DNA of 64,000 nucleotides from NCBI GenBank assembly GCA_964016885.1, contig OZ024742.1:137516001-137580000 (forward strand). Reading direction: 5' to 3'. Source of the stretch: Eledone cirrhosa. Taxonomy: Eukaryota. Every line of letters begins with the position of its first letter. Position 1 is the stretch's first letter. The position numbers and the translations under genes are program-made. Below the pieces are notes generated by a model, which was given only the letters and a program-made list of their open reading frames with translations, did not search any database and was not told where the DNA came from. Below are positions 1 through 12,660 of the stretch, piece by piece.

Positions 1-1340
1 GATTCCTGCAACCGCCAATCTCGGCCGTCTCCCTTCCCTGCACGCCGTCGACCCACTGCATCGTTATGCCTCACCATGCCGCATTACTGCCCTGTTGGCC
101 ACCACCCCCTCCTCAGCCCTTACTTTTGCCTGCCGCCGTGCTCCTTCAAGACTGCCATGCCCAACCAAGCCGCATCCCTGCCACCGTCAACCCCTGCCCT
201 CTCCCTTGCCCGTACGCCTTGGTCCCTCACGACTGCCATGGCTCACCATGCGGCATTCCTGCCCTGTCACCAACTTGCTCAAATGTCATCAGCATGGTTT
301 ATTCCTGCGCCGCACATAACCTCCCATTATCTCAGACCAAAGACAGCACCGAACATGAAGACGATCCTGTGTAAGTATTTTTACATTCATTTTGACCATA
401 TTTAACAAAATTAAACAAAAATTCATCCCTTTCTCCTCCAAAGACTACCGATCATGTATGGCTCATACACATCCTGTCTTGCACCCGGTTTTCTCGAACA
501 ATCATCGTGCTCCCCAGTGCTCTCAATTGGCATGCCGCATCCACGCCCTGTCAGCCGCCATCCACTCCCCGACCCTTTCCACTGCCTAGGCATGGCAGTC
601 TTGAGCGACCAAGTCGCATCCCTGCCACCGTCAACCCCTGCCTTCTCCGTTCCTGCACGCCGTCGTCCCACTGCATCGTCATGCATCACCATGCTGCATC
701 AATGCTCTGTCAGCCGCCATCCCCCCCTTGGCCCTTTCTTTTGCCTGCCCGGAGTGCTTCTTAAAGACTGCCATGGTTCACCATGCGGCATCCTTGCCAC
801 CGTCCACCCTGCTCTCTTCCTTGCCTGCTAGCCGTCGTCCCACTGCATCGTCATGCCTCAGGATGCCGCATCCATGCACTGTCAGCCACCATCCTCTCCA
901 CGGCCCTTTCTTTTTCCTGACCGCCGTGCTCCTTCAAGACTCCCATGGCTATTTATGCCGCATCAATTCCTTGCCACCCGCTTAAACGTCATCAGCATGG
1001 CTTATTGTTGCCCCATTTGACCACCGATTTTCGCAGGCTAAACACAACACCAACGTGCACGATAGTCCATGATAAATCTGTTTAATTACATGTCCATCAT
1101 GCTAAGCAAAGAATGAATAGCAACTCTTTCATTTCTCCTGACATGCCTTTCTGTCAATTATGGCCGAGAAGCATCCTGTGTAGCATCGCGTCTTCTCAAG
1201 CGATCAGCGTGCCTTCCACTGTCCTCACAATTGACTCACAACGCCGCATCTATTCCCTGCGACGTCCCCAAACATCATCAGCATGGCTTATTTTTCTGCC
1301 GCGTTTAACCGGCCCTCATTCGAGGCCATAAACAACAAAA
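1..1340. repeat. Degenerate GC-rich tandem array, unit about 175 bp
   Basis: The block gccgtcg(a/t)cccactgcatcgt(t/c)atgc...aagact(g/c)ccatg recurs at about 44, 658 and 831. The motif gcatcc(c/t)tgccaccgtc recurs at about 172, 616 and 788. Confidence 0.75.
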
Positions 1341-2789
1341 CCGCACGATGATTCTGCGTAAGTCTATTTAAATTAATGGTCAATATGTTCAGCAAAACAA
1401 TTGTACCAATTCTTCCTCTTCACCTCCAAGGCCTATCCATTACATCTTAGAGGTCGGGATTCGCAATTTCTACGATTTCAATATTGACACAACTGTCCGT
1501 CATGTTTTTCGCCACATGTTGTTCCGATAGGAATATCAACGTGATTTTCACTTAATTCGTAAGTGTTCAGTCTTCCGTATGCTTTTATTTTTTATTGATA
1601 CAACACAGACTACAATAATCTAACTTTGTAGGCTAGACGCGAATCACAAGGAAAACAATTCTCTGATATACAACCCCACCAAATTCTTTGGTCTACCTAG
1701 ATTTCAATGGCTATATCCTTTGCTTTTGTACGGTTGTACATTTGATAATGTCACAAAACATTATTCCACTTGATTCTTACCTTTCAGCTATGAATTGGGC
1801 AGTGCCTTAAAATCCCGGTTTATTTGCGTGCAATTTTTTGGTATCTTAAGAATCGAGATTCGAAAACCCTTTTTCTCATAACCTGATACATGCGTTACAC
1901 ATGTTCCATGGATGTTTGTGGACTATTTTTTCAAAATACCAATATCACATATTGGAGCAAAAATAAAAAACGTTTGTTCTTCATTTATTTCGGTTAAAGC
2001 ATCCTGCTGGAATTTAGCGCAGACCCATTTAAATACAGCGCTTTATAACCCTGAGTGTAACCGGGCACACCAGCTAGAAAGACAAATGGAAACATTGTTT
2101 CCTCGGTCCGATTTGACGAAAGTCGATTTAGTTCCACAACAAATTAACAAACCATACTTGAAGACACGTTGAGGCTGTTGCAAAGGGCAATAAGCCTAGA
2201 CACAATTTTGATTAACTTTTTTTCACCTATAGCAAATTTACCGGGAAAGGTTTTTAGCTACACAAATCTACTTCAGAGGTCAAGCATTCATGTAAAAATA
2301 TCAATAAAAGTGAAGCGGGGGTTCGACTTTACGCAAAAAAACAAGGCAAAGTTGCACATGGGAAAACTTTTTACAGGAACGTCTGATTTTCTTCAAAACT
2401 GTCGCAAAAGACTCGCCATTATGCCGCGGTTCAGATAAAGTCCCTTTTATTTCTTTTTCTGTACATGTGAGCGCGAAAATTGTAAAAAAAACAAAAAAAC
2501 TGTGAAAAACTCGACTTTTTCACCCTGCTTTAAAAATCAACTTAAAATTCAATTTCAAGTGAATTTGACTTCTGTCAGTCGTGCAAAGATCAATTTCAAC
2601 GATACACTGCGAAGCTACAATTGATCCAATAGTTATGCTCAATTACACACCTGCGTCTATTAACCTCTGTTTTTTTCCTTGAGGTACGAAGGTTTTTGCA
2701 CCTGTGATACGCGGGAAGTAACTTTCACACATTTTAACAACAGAGCAAAAGTCGACTTATACCCGGGCAACGCCGGGTACTTCTGCTAG
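1..2789 (+). mobile_element. Helitron-like non-autonomous element; 3' end at 2789, 5' end not seen
   Basis: Hairpin tacccgg-gcaacg-ccgggta (2760-2779) followed by CTAG (2786-2789) and T, the canonical Helitron 3' terminus. The leftward extent is inferred. Confidence 0.5.
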
Positions 2790-3100
2790 TGTATATATAT
2801 ATATATATATTATTTCGTTATCGATCTATGTAAGATTAGTTACAAAATATCAAAACATTTTTTTTTATATTTTGTAACTAACGTACGATGCATTATTATC
2901 ACCTAGAAACGATCGTAAAGCAGTGAAGTGTATTCCTAATGACTTGAATTTTTATTTCATTGTTTTAACTTATATCATGACTGTTTTCCTTTTGATGTTT
3001 TATTGTTTTCCAGGATTTATTTTAACCTACAATATTTTCAACATATGGATTACATTGAGTTCTTCATGCAGACTAGATCCCACAAATAACCGTGGATATT

Positions 3101-3405
<305 letters not shown>

Positions 3406-3929
3406 TACCTTGGCTCATCGAACTCCAGCACCCTCGGTTGGTTTTCTGCTTGCATGTGTAGTGTGTATATTGATATTACACAAGTATATATACATGTAGA
3501 TATGGTACATCAAATAAAATCGTAATTGACAATATAAACAGAAATTGAACGAAGACGTTGTTACACGACTTATCTAATCAGTAACGTAATCCATGATACA
3601 TTTAAAAACAACAACATATTATATATAAACTGCATTAGGAGAAAATTAGTATGTTTATTTAAGTGATCACCACAGGAAGTGATGACATCACACACTCTCT
3701 CTTTCTCTATATATGGTAGTTGAAGTTGTGTTGGTGGCAACGATATACGGAAGTGCAATTTCGAAATCAAGTCAATTTTAAATTATTTATTTTTACGAAA
3801 TTATTTTTGTTTACGAAATTTAGTAGATAAATTATTTAATATTCATTCATTATTTATTCAAAGTAATCCAACTGATTTTACTAACGGGATTAAAAAAAAC
3901 CGTACGCAGTCACACAGACCTTCCTTTAT

Positions 3930-4075
<146 letters not shown>

Positions 4076-4427
4076 AGAGGGGTGAAGTGGATAGGAGAAT
4101 TAGATAAATAGATATAAGTTATAGTTGTAATTGCCCAAAGATAGATTCACAAACGCAACAGAGAGCTGTGTATCTCGAGGTTGAATATATCTTGAAAACA
4201 GTGTGAAACGGTGTGTGTGTGCGCGCGCGCGCGTGAGAGAGAGAGAGAGAGAGAGTAAGAGAGAGATATAGAAATAGAGATAGGGAGTGATATATCAAAC
4301 GACATAAATGCTCAAATTTCAACTGTCCAGATAAATCTACAAAGATGTTTATATTGCTTGGTCATGTATAGCATAATATAATATTATATGATCTTAGCCA
4401 CGCGGTATAATTTTTCAAATTAATATA

Positions 4428-4525
<98 letters not shown>

Positions 4526-4577
4526 TATATAAGTTTAGGAATAACCAAAGAGTGCTTAGAAATACATTGTTTTATTT

Positions 4578-4622
4578 GCTAACAGTGTTTCATCCATTCC
4601 CTATGGCAGGAATCATCAGAGC
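4578..4622 (-). ncRNA. Minimal type I hammerhead ribozyme motif
   Basis: Minus strand reads gct-CTGATGA-ttcctgccatagggaatggat-GAAA-cactg-TT-agc. Confidence 0.5.
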
Positions 4623-5524
4623 CTATAAACAAAAGTATATCAAAGGTTGCAGGCTCCATAGATCCTAGTCACCAGAACAAGGAAGAAGGACAAGTAGGGG
4701 GCACACATATAATGTCACAAAAAATGACATCATAAATAATTAGATCATAAAAATTACGTCAAACATTTGTCACATAAATGGTGCAATAGATCATAAGGAG
4801 GTTGAGAGAGGAGAGCAAGAAATTAATGAGTGTGTTACTAAGCATGATAAAAAAACAAACCAAGCATAGATACATCAATTCACAAGCAGTGCAAACACAT
4901 GATTTACAGACGGAGTATGAAAGCGTGTAAGCAGGAGTCAGTAAACAGAAAAGTTGGTTAGCTGTGGTGCAGCTTTACAGGCAGGATTGTTTATAGGAAA
5001 AATGGTGCCCTCCAGTAGTATCGCCTTGTAATAGGTTGATTTCTCCATATCCGGCCACGACCATCTATCCATTGGTTATAGTTCCAAGTATTAGGCGACA
5101 TAGTACTAGGTTTCCAAATACACGCATACAGGATTTTTCCGCAGAGGCAGTCTGCAACGAACACCTTAAATCCAAAACAGAATACAATGAAATGAGGCAA
5201 AGCGGAGTACATGCACTGCTGGCACTCCAATAAAGGAAGTGAAAATAGACATCAGATATTGCGGACCCGTTTTATTTCCACTTCCTTTATTGGAGTGCCA
5301 GCAGTGCATGTACTCCGCTTTACCTCACTTCATTGTATTCTGTTTGGGATTTAAGGTGTTTGTTGCAGACTGCCCCTGTGGAAAAATTCTGTATGCGTGT
5401 ATTTGGAAACCTAGTATTATGTCGCATAATACTTGTAATGTGTGCCCCTCTACTTGTCCTTCTTACTTGTTCTGGTGACTAGGCTCGATGGAACCTGCAA
5501 ACTTTGATATACTTTTGTTTATAG

Positions 5525-5569
5525 GCTCTGATGATTCCTGCCCTAGGGAATGGATGAAACACTGTTAGC
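5525..5569 (+). ncRNA. Minimal type I hammerhead ribozyme motif
   Basis: gct-CTGATGA-ttcctgccctagggaatggat-GAAA-cactg-TT-agc. Stem I is only 3 bp. Confidence 0.5.
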
Positions 5570-5724
5570 AAATAAAACAATGTATTTCTAAGCACTCTTT
5601 GGTTATTCCTAAACTTATAACGGCTCTGTAGTATACTAGTTATCCTGCATTGAGCTAAAACCACACTGTCATACCAAGGACAACATATTTGTGTGTCTGT
5701 GCACATTAGTATAATTGTCAACCA

Positions 5725-5789
<65 letters not shown>

Positions 5790-5790
<1 letters not shown>

Positions 5791-6488
5791 GAGGTGTATC
5801 AGAAAAATAACACTTCTTAGATTGCTCTGTGGGCTATGATTGGGATAGGGATTTGTGGGTTGCGTCACCGTATGACGTAATATTCAAGGAGTATATAACT
5901 AAGATCTCATGTCTCTACAGTCATTGTATATATACTTTTCTTAACAGCTCTTCAATTTTGGGCCGTTGAGCGATGGGCACACAGCAACGAACCAAACTGA
6001 GGTTTCTGGTCAAGTCGGGGAAAGCTCCGTCGGAAGCACTCGGAATGCTCCCGCTCGTATAAGGAGATGAGACAATGTCAAGCTCATGGGTTTTCGAGTG
6101 GCAGAAAAAATTCAAAGATGACCAAAGGAGTGGATGTCCTTCAACGAGCAGGACTGAGGTCAGCGTTAAACGTGTTTGGCAGCTAGTGTATGGTGACCGT
6201 TGAATGATTGTTTGACTAATCGCAAATGAGATGGGCATGAACTGCTACAGCGTTTAGAAGATTATCACCGAATATTTGGGCATGTGCAAGACCTGCGTGA
6301 AGAGCGTGGCGAAGCTACTGAACGATGACCGGAAGTAGATGCGCATACATGTGTATCGCGGCATCGCCAGGGGGCTTGAGACGGAAACAGACTTGCTGGG
6401 CAGAGTCCATACCGGTGATGAGTTTGGATCTTTGCGTCAAACTCCAGTGGCATAATTTCGAACGGGAAAGCTTTTCTGACATACCTTA
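5790..6488 (+). mobile_element. Tc1/mariner relic, internally deleted
   Basis: TIR-like ends cgaggtgtatcagaaaa and ttttctgacatacctta inside TA tracts. Disrupted transposase from about 5972 reads MGTQQRTKLRFLVKSGKAPSEALGML..GDETMSSSWVFEWQKKFK..RSGCPST. Confidence 0.85.
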
Positions 6489-7049
6489 TATATATAAACA
6501 CACAGACACACACACACACACACATACACACATACACACACACACGCGCACACCCACACACACACACACATATATATATATATAATACAATATGTAGAAA
6601 AAATAACGCACTACAGAGATATATAGTGCATCATCAGTCAAACAGGGGAAAACCACCAGTGTATGGAATCTATAGCCCATGGAAGGCAGAGTAGACACAC
6701 AATAATTAAAAGTATAAATTAAAGTGTAAATATATACCTCGATAACTATCTAACACACTCGTACAAATCCAAAAAGATCTGTTTCGCCAAATAAGTTGTT
6801 GACAGAAATGATTAGCCCATGATTCATCGCCGTGTGTAAGGCTATACATTTCAGACAACTCTAAGAGAATCTAAAGCGACCGTCCAGCCACACGTGGGAG
6901 AGAGAATTCACAGCGTGCCGAGGGCAGTAACCAGTGGTCTCTGAGTTTCAGCAAAGAATTGCTGCTTTCACCTTAACGGGATTTTCTGAAACTTTAATCT
7001 GTTATTTTTATAAATGTTTGCTCTATGGTTTTATATATTTTAATATATA

Positions 7050-7892
7050 CTAGCAGTATGGTCCGGCGTTGCTCGGGATTCTAAACATAGATTTCCATGT
7101 TTATCCCTTCTTTCTGAAACAGTACAGAGAAATACGGAATACCTCGGCCTGGGGATGGTGTCTACATTTTGTGTTTATAAAAGAATTCGTCGTAGATTAC
7201 CAGGGGTTTAACTTAATTGGGTGCCTGAGAGTAAAATGTTCAACCCACGAAAGCCAAGACGATAGGATTATGTAAAAAGGCATTCGACAAACCGAACATG
7301 TATTTGTTGTGCTATCGTACAATTTAAGAAATAGTTACAGAGCAGTAAGCATATGGGACTGCAGTGGTGGAGAGCATGAAGGAATTGAGTCGGATACTTT
7401 TAAGGTTACAGGCCCAAACGCAACCAAAATGCTAAACAATGCGGTCCCCGGGAAAAAATTTGAAATATTTTCCAGTCAAGAGAATTTGTGAAACATAAGT
7501 AATGCATATGCAACATTTCAAAAAAAATTGATTGGGTACTTCTCGAGTTCCAGGCCCTAACGCAAACAAAATGCCTCAAAAAAATCGGTTTTTCGCCTTA
7601 ATGCGGTCCCTGGGGCAAAACAAATGAGAAAATCTTTTTTGCTCAAAACACTTTGAACGACATAAGTAATGCAAATTTTGAAGAAATCGCCTGGATTATT
7701 GTTCCGTTATGCCTCAAAAAAGCCTTTAAATCCTAAAACATGCGGTGCCTAGGGCATGGAAAATTTGAAATATTGTTTGCCCAAAACACTCACACGACCA
7801 CAAGTATTACATGAGTAAAGGTTTAAAAAAATCGGTTGGGTGGTTCTTGAGTTTTAGGGGAACAGACAGACATTCTCTGTTTTAGATATAGA
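7050..7892 (-). mobile_element. Complete non-autonomous Helitron-like element
   Basis: Minus strand starts A|TCTATATCTAAAACAGAGAATGTCTGTCTG and ends ccgagcaacgccgg-accatactg-CTAG|T. No TSD. An empty-site paralogue lies at about 19690-19795. Confidence 0.85.
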
Positions 7893-7957
7893 TATTATCC
7901 TTATCGAGCAATCTTCCCATTTTAGTCTTCACATTTATTATTATTACTATATATATA

Positions 7958-8153
7958 TATAACGAAGGAGTTGTGGTAAGGAACCAGATGGACCATAACG
8001 CACCAGAGTACTCAATACTTTGGGTAGTAGAGTGGGTAATAGGAAAATGTATGACCCCCGACGGCAGAGTTCAAGCCGTTTCGACGGCTATTTCAGTCCA
8101 GAAATAGCCGTCGAAACGGCTTGAACTTTGACGTAGGGGTCATACATTTTCTT
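7958..8153. mobile_element. Short asymmetric fold-back repeat (gacggctatttc/gaaatagccgtc family)
   Basis: Palindrome at about 8041-8152 plus a one-sided tail. Same family at 45.8, 46.2 and 51.6 kb, all next to (TA)n. Confidence 0.75.
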
Positions 8154-8370
8154 ATATATATACATATATATTTATATTTATATTTATATTTATATATATA
8201 TAGTGGTCATAACTTGGTATACATATTCAAAGTATAGAGCAACCTAAGCCAGTAGCGCGAATGTTGATATAATTATTATGGCCAGTTACTACAATGTAAC
8301 CATACCACCTCCAGGTCAATGTAACGTACGTGCCTGCTATGGCTCCATTGCAGCAACTGGCCTTAATAAT

Positions 8371-8410
<40 letters not shown>

Positions 8411-8686
8411 CCTGTATGTGTGGGTGTGTGTGTGTGTGTGTGCCTGTGTGTGCCTGTGTGTGTGAGTGTCTGTGTGTGTGAGTGTGTGTGTGTGCCTATG
8501 TGTGTAGTGCAGTCTCCTTTGCAATTCTTTCTTCTTTCACTCTGTATACACCTCAATTGATATTAACCTTCTTCGCCCGTTTGTTTGTTCTTTTCTTTCT
8601 TTTCGTATTAGTTATAATCTCCATTCTCTCCATCTCCTCGCACCCTTTCTCTTCCTCTCTATTTCACTCTTTCATAGTCTCCCTAT

Positions 8687-8720
<34 letters not shown>

Positions 8721-9046
8721 GCTATTTATCTATCTATTAATATATCTATCTATCTACCTATCTTTCTCTTGTTGCTACCTTTCCATATATAATTGGTTTT
8801 CTCTTTTTCTATTCATCCTCTCTGCATTTATAATATATTTTGTCCTTAAATCTGAGGCCAAAATGTTGATACTTTCTCCTTCGCTCACGTTGATTGTTGT
8901 CTAGACCAGTTATTGTGAGTTCTTGCCTCCCAACATACAAAATCCATGTCTCTACTCCGTCAAAATCTATTCAAATCTGAAATCTTTTCCTTTATACAGT
9001 TTAAGCCATTCTATCACACTGTCAAACAGTCGCCAAAAACGCATAG

Positions 9047-9094
<48 letters not shown>

Positions 9095-9592
9095 GCGCAC
9101 GCACACGCGCGCACACAAACACAAACACACACACAAACACACACACGCACACACACACACACCACACACACACACACACACACATAAATATATGGACGTA
9201 AATCCCTTCCCTGCATCCACCCATATACGAATAAAAGAAGTATGCTCAAGCATACACATATCTGTGAGCACACACACACACGTGGATGCACACGTATGTT
9301 CACACATACACATGTGCGCGCGCGCGCGCATGTATGTGTGTGCGTGTGTATGTGTGTGTGGGTGTGTATGTTTGCGTACCTGATGGAACTATCTGCTATT
9401 ATTATTAGACAAATGAGTTTCTCTGAATGATACTCTCATTTTACACGCTATATAAAAACACACACACATATATAAATATATATATGTACATATTTATGTG
9501 CGTGTGTATATATACATATATATATATATATACACATATATACATATAGGCATATATACATATAGGCATATATACATATAGGCATATATATA

Positions 9593-9669
<77 letters not shown>

Positions 9670-10052
9670 TAAAGAGACATAGAGAGAGAGAGAGTGAGAG
9701 AGAGTAAGAGAGAAAGAGAGAGAGAGAGAGAGTTGTGGTGTGTTTGTGTTTATATATATATTTTGTGTTTATATATATATATTGTGTTTATATATATAGT
9801 TCTTGTCCTTCAGACACTACCGCCTTTACACTTTCTGTCATTCTATTTCCCCCCAAAACTAAGGCAACATATTTCATTCACTTTTTCTCAAGCAGTACCC
9901 CCCCCCCCCCCACACACACACACACCTCAGTCACTCACATCCACCCTTGATCTATTAGGAGTTGACGGTCAAAGTAGCTAACAACGCTAAAACCTATACA
10001 TACAAACATACACACTAAGCTCATTATTGTATATCGAGAGCTAAATTCATAA

Positions 10053-10092
<40 letters not shown>

Positions 10093-10212
10093 AGAGAGAG
10101 AGAGCGACGGGGGAGGGGGGGGGGAGAAACACACACATATTTGCGCACAAATATATATATATATATGTATTTAGCTGTTATATTTGTATGTGGGTATACA
10201 CGTCTGTACGTG

Positions 10213-10308
10213 GAAGAAGAAGAAGAAGAAGAAGAAGAAGAAGAAGAAGAAGAAGAAGAAGAAGAAGAAGAAGAAGAAGAAGAAGAAGAAGAAGAAGAAG
10301 AAGAAGAA

Positions 10309-10343
<35 letters not shown>

Positions 10344-10375
10344 AGAAGAAGAAGAAGAAGAAGAAGAAGAAGAAA
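10213..10375. repeat. (GAA)n(GAC)n(GAA)n compound microsatellite
   Basis: Seen directly. Confidence 0.95.
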
Positions 10376-10629
10376 TAATAGAAGGATAAAAGCAGGGTAA
10401 ATAAGTCATTTGACAAAGTCACGTTCTGGAAGGCAAATAGAAAAATCAATATCGGTATTGAAAAGATTTAAACACAAGGTATCTTCAGTAGAGATTATCG
10501 ATCCTAGGACGATAAAACTAAAGCGATCCGACGCAACAGAACGAACTGCTATTGTACGTTTAGGATGGTGGTGGTGGCGTTGGTCGTGTCGTTGGTGCTG
10601 GTTGTTCAAATGGTGGTGGTGGTGGTGGT

Positions 10630-11720
10630 GGTCGCGTGGTTGGGGTAGTTTGTGTAGGTGGTGGTGATGGTGGTAATGGTGGTGCTGGTGGTGCTGGTTG
10701 TACTGGTGATGATGATGGTCGCGTGGTTGGGGTAGTTTGTGTAGGCGGTGGTGATGGTGGTAATGGTGGTGCTGGTGGTGCTGGTTGTACTGGTGATGAT
10801 GATGGTCGCGTGGTTGGGGTAGTTTGTGTAGGCGGTGGTGATGGTGGTAATGGTGGTGCTGGTGGTGCTGGTTGTACTGGTGATGATGATGGTCGCGTGG
10901 TTGGGGTAGTTTGTGTAGGCGGTGGTGATGGTGGTAATGGTGGTGCTGGTGGTGCTGGTTGTACTGGTGATGATGATGGTCGCGTGGTTGGGGTAGTTTG
11001 TGTAGGCGGTGGTGATGGTGGTAATGGTGGTGCTGGTGGTGCTGGTTGTACTGGTGATGATGATGGTTGTGTGGTTGGGGTAGTTTGTGTAGGCGGTGGT
11101 GATGGTGGTAATGGTGGTGCTGGTGGTGCTGGTTGTACTGGTGATGATGGTGGTCGCATGGTTGGGTTGGTGTAGTTTGTGTAGGTGGTGATGGCGGTAT
11201 CGATGGTTGTGGTGGTAATGGTGGTAATGGCGGTAATGGTGGTAATGGTGGTGGTTGTACTGGTGGTAGTAGTGGTGGGAGTTGTACTGGTGATGATGGT
11301 GGTCGCGTGGTTGGGGTAGTTTGTGTAGGTGGTGAAGGTGGTATCGGTGGTCGTGGTGGTCGTGGTGGTAATGGTGGTAATGGTGGTAATGGTGGTGGTT
11401 ATACTGGTGGTGGTAGTGGTGGGAGTTGTACTGGTGATGATGGTGGTCGCATGGTTGGTTTGGGGTAGTTTGTGTAGGTGGTGATGGTGGTATCGGTGGT
11501 CGTGGTGGTAATGGTGGTAATGGTGGTAATGGTGGTGGTTGTACTGGTGGTGGTAGTGGTGATGGTGATTGTACTGGTGATGATGGTGGTCGCGTGGTTG
11601 GGGTAGTTTGCGTAGGTGGTTCAAATGGTGGTGAAAGGAGTAATGGTGGTGGTGGTGGTGGTGGTGGTGGTGGTGGTGATGATAATGGTCGCATGGTCGG
11701 GGTAGTTTTGTCAGTTGGTT
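10630..11720. repeat. 60-bp GGT-rich minisatellite (about 9 near-identical units) followed by longer degenerate units
   Basis: Unit ggtcgcgtggttggggtagtttgtgtaggcggtggtgatggtggtaatggtggtgctggtggtgctggttgtactggtgatgatgat repeats from 10630 to 11160. The quoted unit is longer than 60 nt, so the true period is about 87 bp (29 codons). Confidence 0.85.
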
Positions 11721-12014
11721 CAAATGGTGGTGAAGGGGATAATGGTGGTCGTGTTGTTGGTGTAGTTGGTGATGGTGGTACGGTGATTGGTATTAGTTGT
11801 GGTGATGGTGGTACGGTGTATTTGTTGTGCTGTTGGACGTGATGTTGTCGCTATTACTGGTATGGATGGTAGTCATCTTGATCGTGTTAGCGTGGCTGGT
11901 TGTTCAGTAGAGTGGTGAATGTGGTAATGTTCGTTGTGTTAATGGTTCGGATAGTGGTGTGATGGTGATGATGTTCTTAGTCCTGCCATTCGAGGTGTTA
12001 GAAGTTTTGGATGT

Positions 12015-12660
12015 TATGGTGGCGGCGGCGGTGGTGGTGGTGGTGGTGGTGGTGGTGGTGGTGGTGGTAGTGGTGGCATTGGCAGTGGTAGCTGTGGTTG
12101 GTGTTGGTGTTGGCGTTGTTGGTGTTGGTGTTGTTGTTGGTGGTGGTGGTGGTGGTTACGGTGATGGTTGTGGCGGTAGTGGTGGCATTGGCAGTGGAAG
12201 TTGTGGTTGGTGTTGCTGTTGGCGTTGTTGGTGTTGGTTACCATGATGGTGGTGACGGTAGTGGTGGCATTGGCAGTGGTAGCTGTGGTTGTGTTGGTGT
12301 TGGCGTTGTTGTTGGTGGTGGTGGTGTTGGTGGTGGTGATGTTGGTGGTGGTGGTAAGGGTGACGGTGTTAATGATGGCAGTGGTAGTTGTGGTTGTGTT
12401 GGTGTTGGTGTTGGTGTTGTTGGTGTTGGTGTTGTTGTTGGTGGTGTTGGTGGTGGTGATGTTGGTGGTGGTGATGTTGGTGGTGGTAATGGTGACGGTG
12501 TTAATGATGGCAGTGGTAGCTGTGGTTGTGTTTGTGTTGGCGTTGTTGGTGTTGGTGTTTTGTTGGTGGTGGTGGTGGTGGTGATGTTGGTGGTTGTAAT
12601 GGTGACGGTGTTAATGATGGCAGTGGTATTGTGGTTGTGTTGTTGTTGTTGGTGGTTACG
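12015..12660. repeat. GGT/GTT low-complexity degenerate repeat
   Basis: Seen directly. Confidence 0.85.

Larger units (their letters stand above)
4531..5619. mobile_element. (TA)n-flanked double fold-back element, Penelope-terminus-like
   Basis: Outer inverted arms at about 4531-4708 and 5438-5619, inner inverted arms at about 5083-5250 and 5269-5435. A hammerhead motif lies in each outer arm. Confidence 0.65.

Noticed and set aside
2880-2930. GAAA-cgatcg-TA hammerhead 3' half (related copy near 53050)
   Set aside because: No CUGANGA core or stem I found upstream.
10560-11723. Gly-, Pro-, His- and Thr-rich ORFs up to 387 aa
   Set aside because: Open in several frames because of the GGT minisatellite. 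No independent coding evidence, although a repetitive exon cannot be fully excluded.
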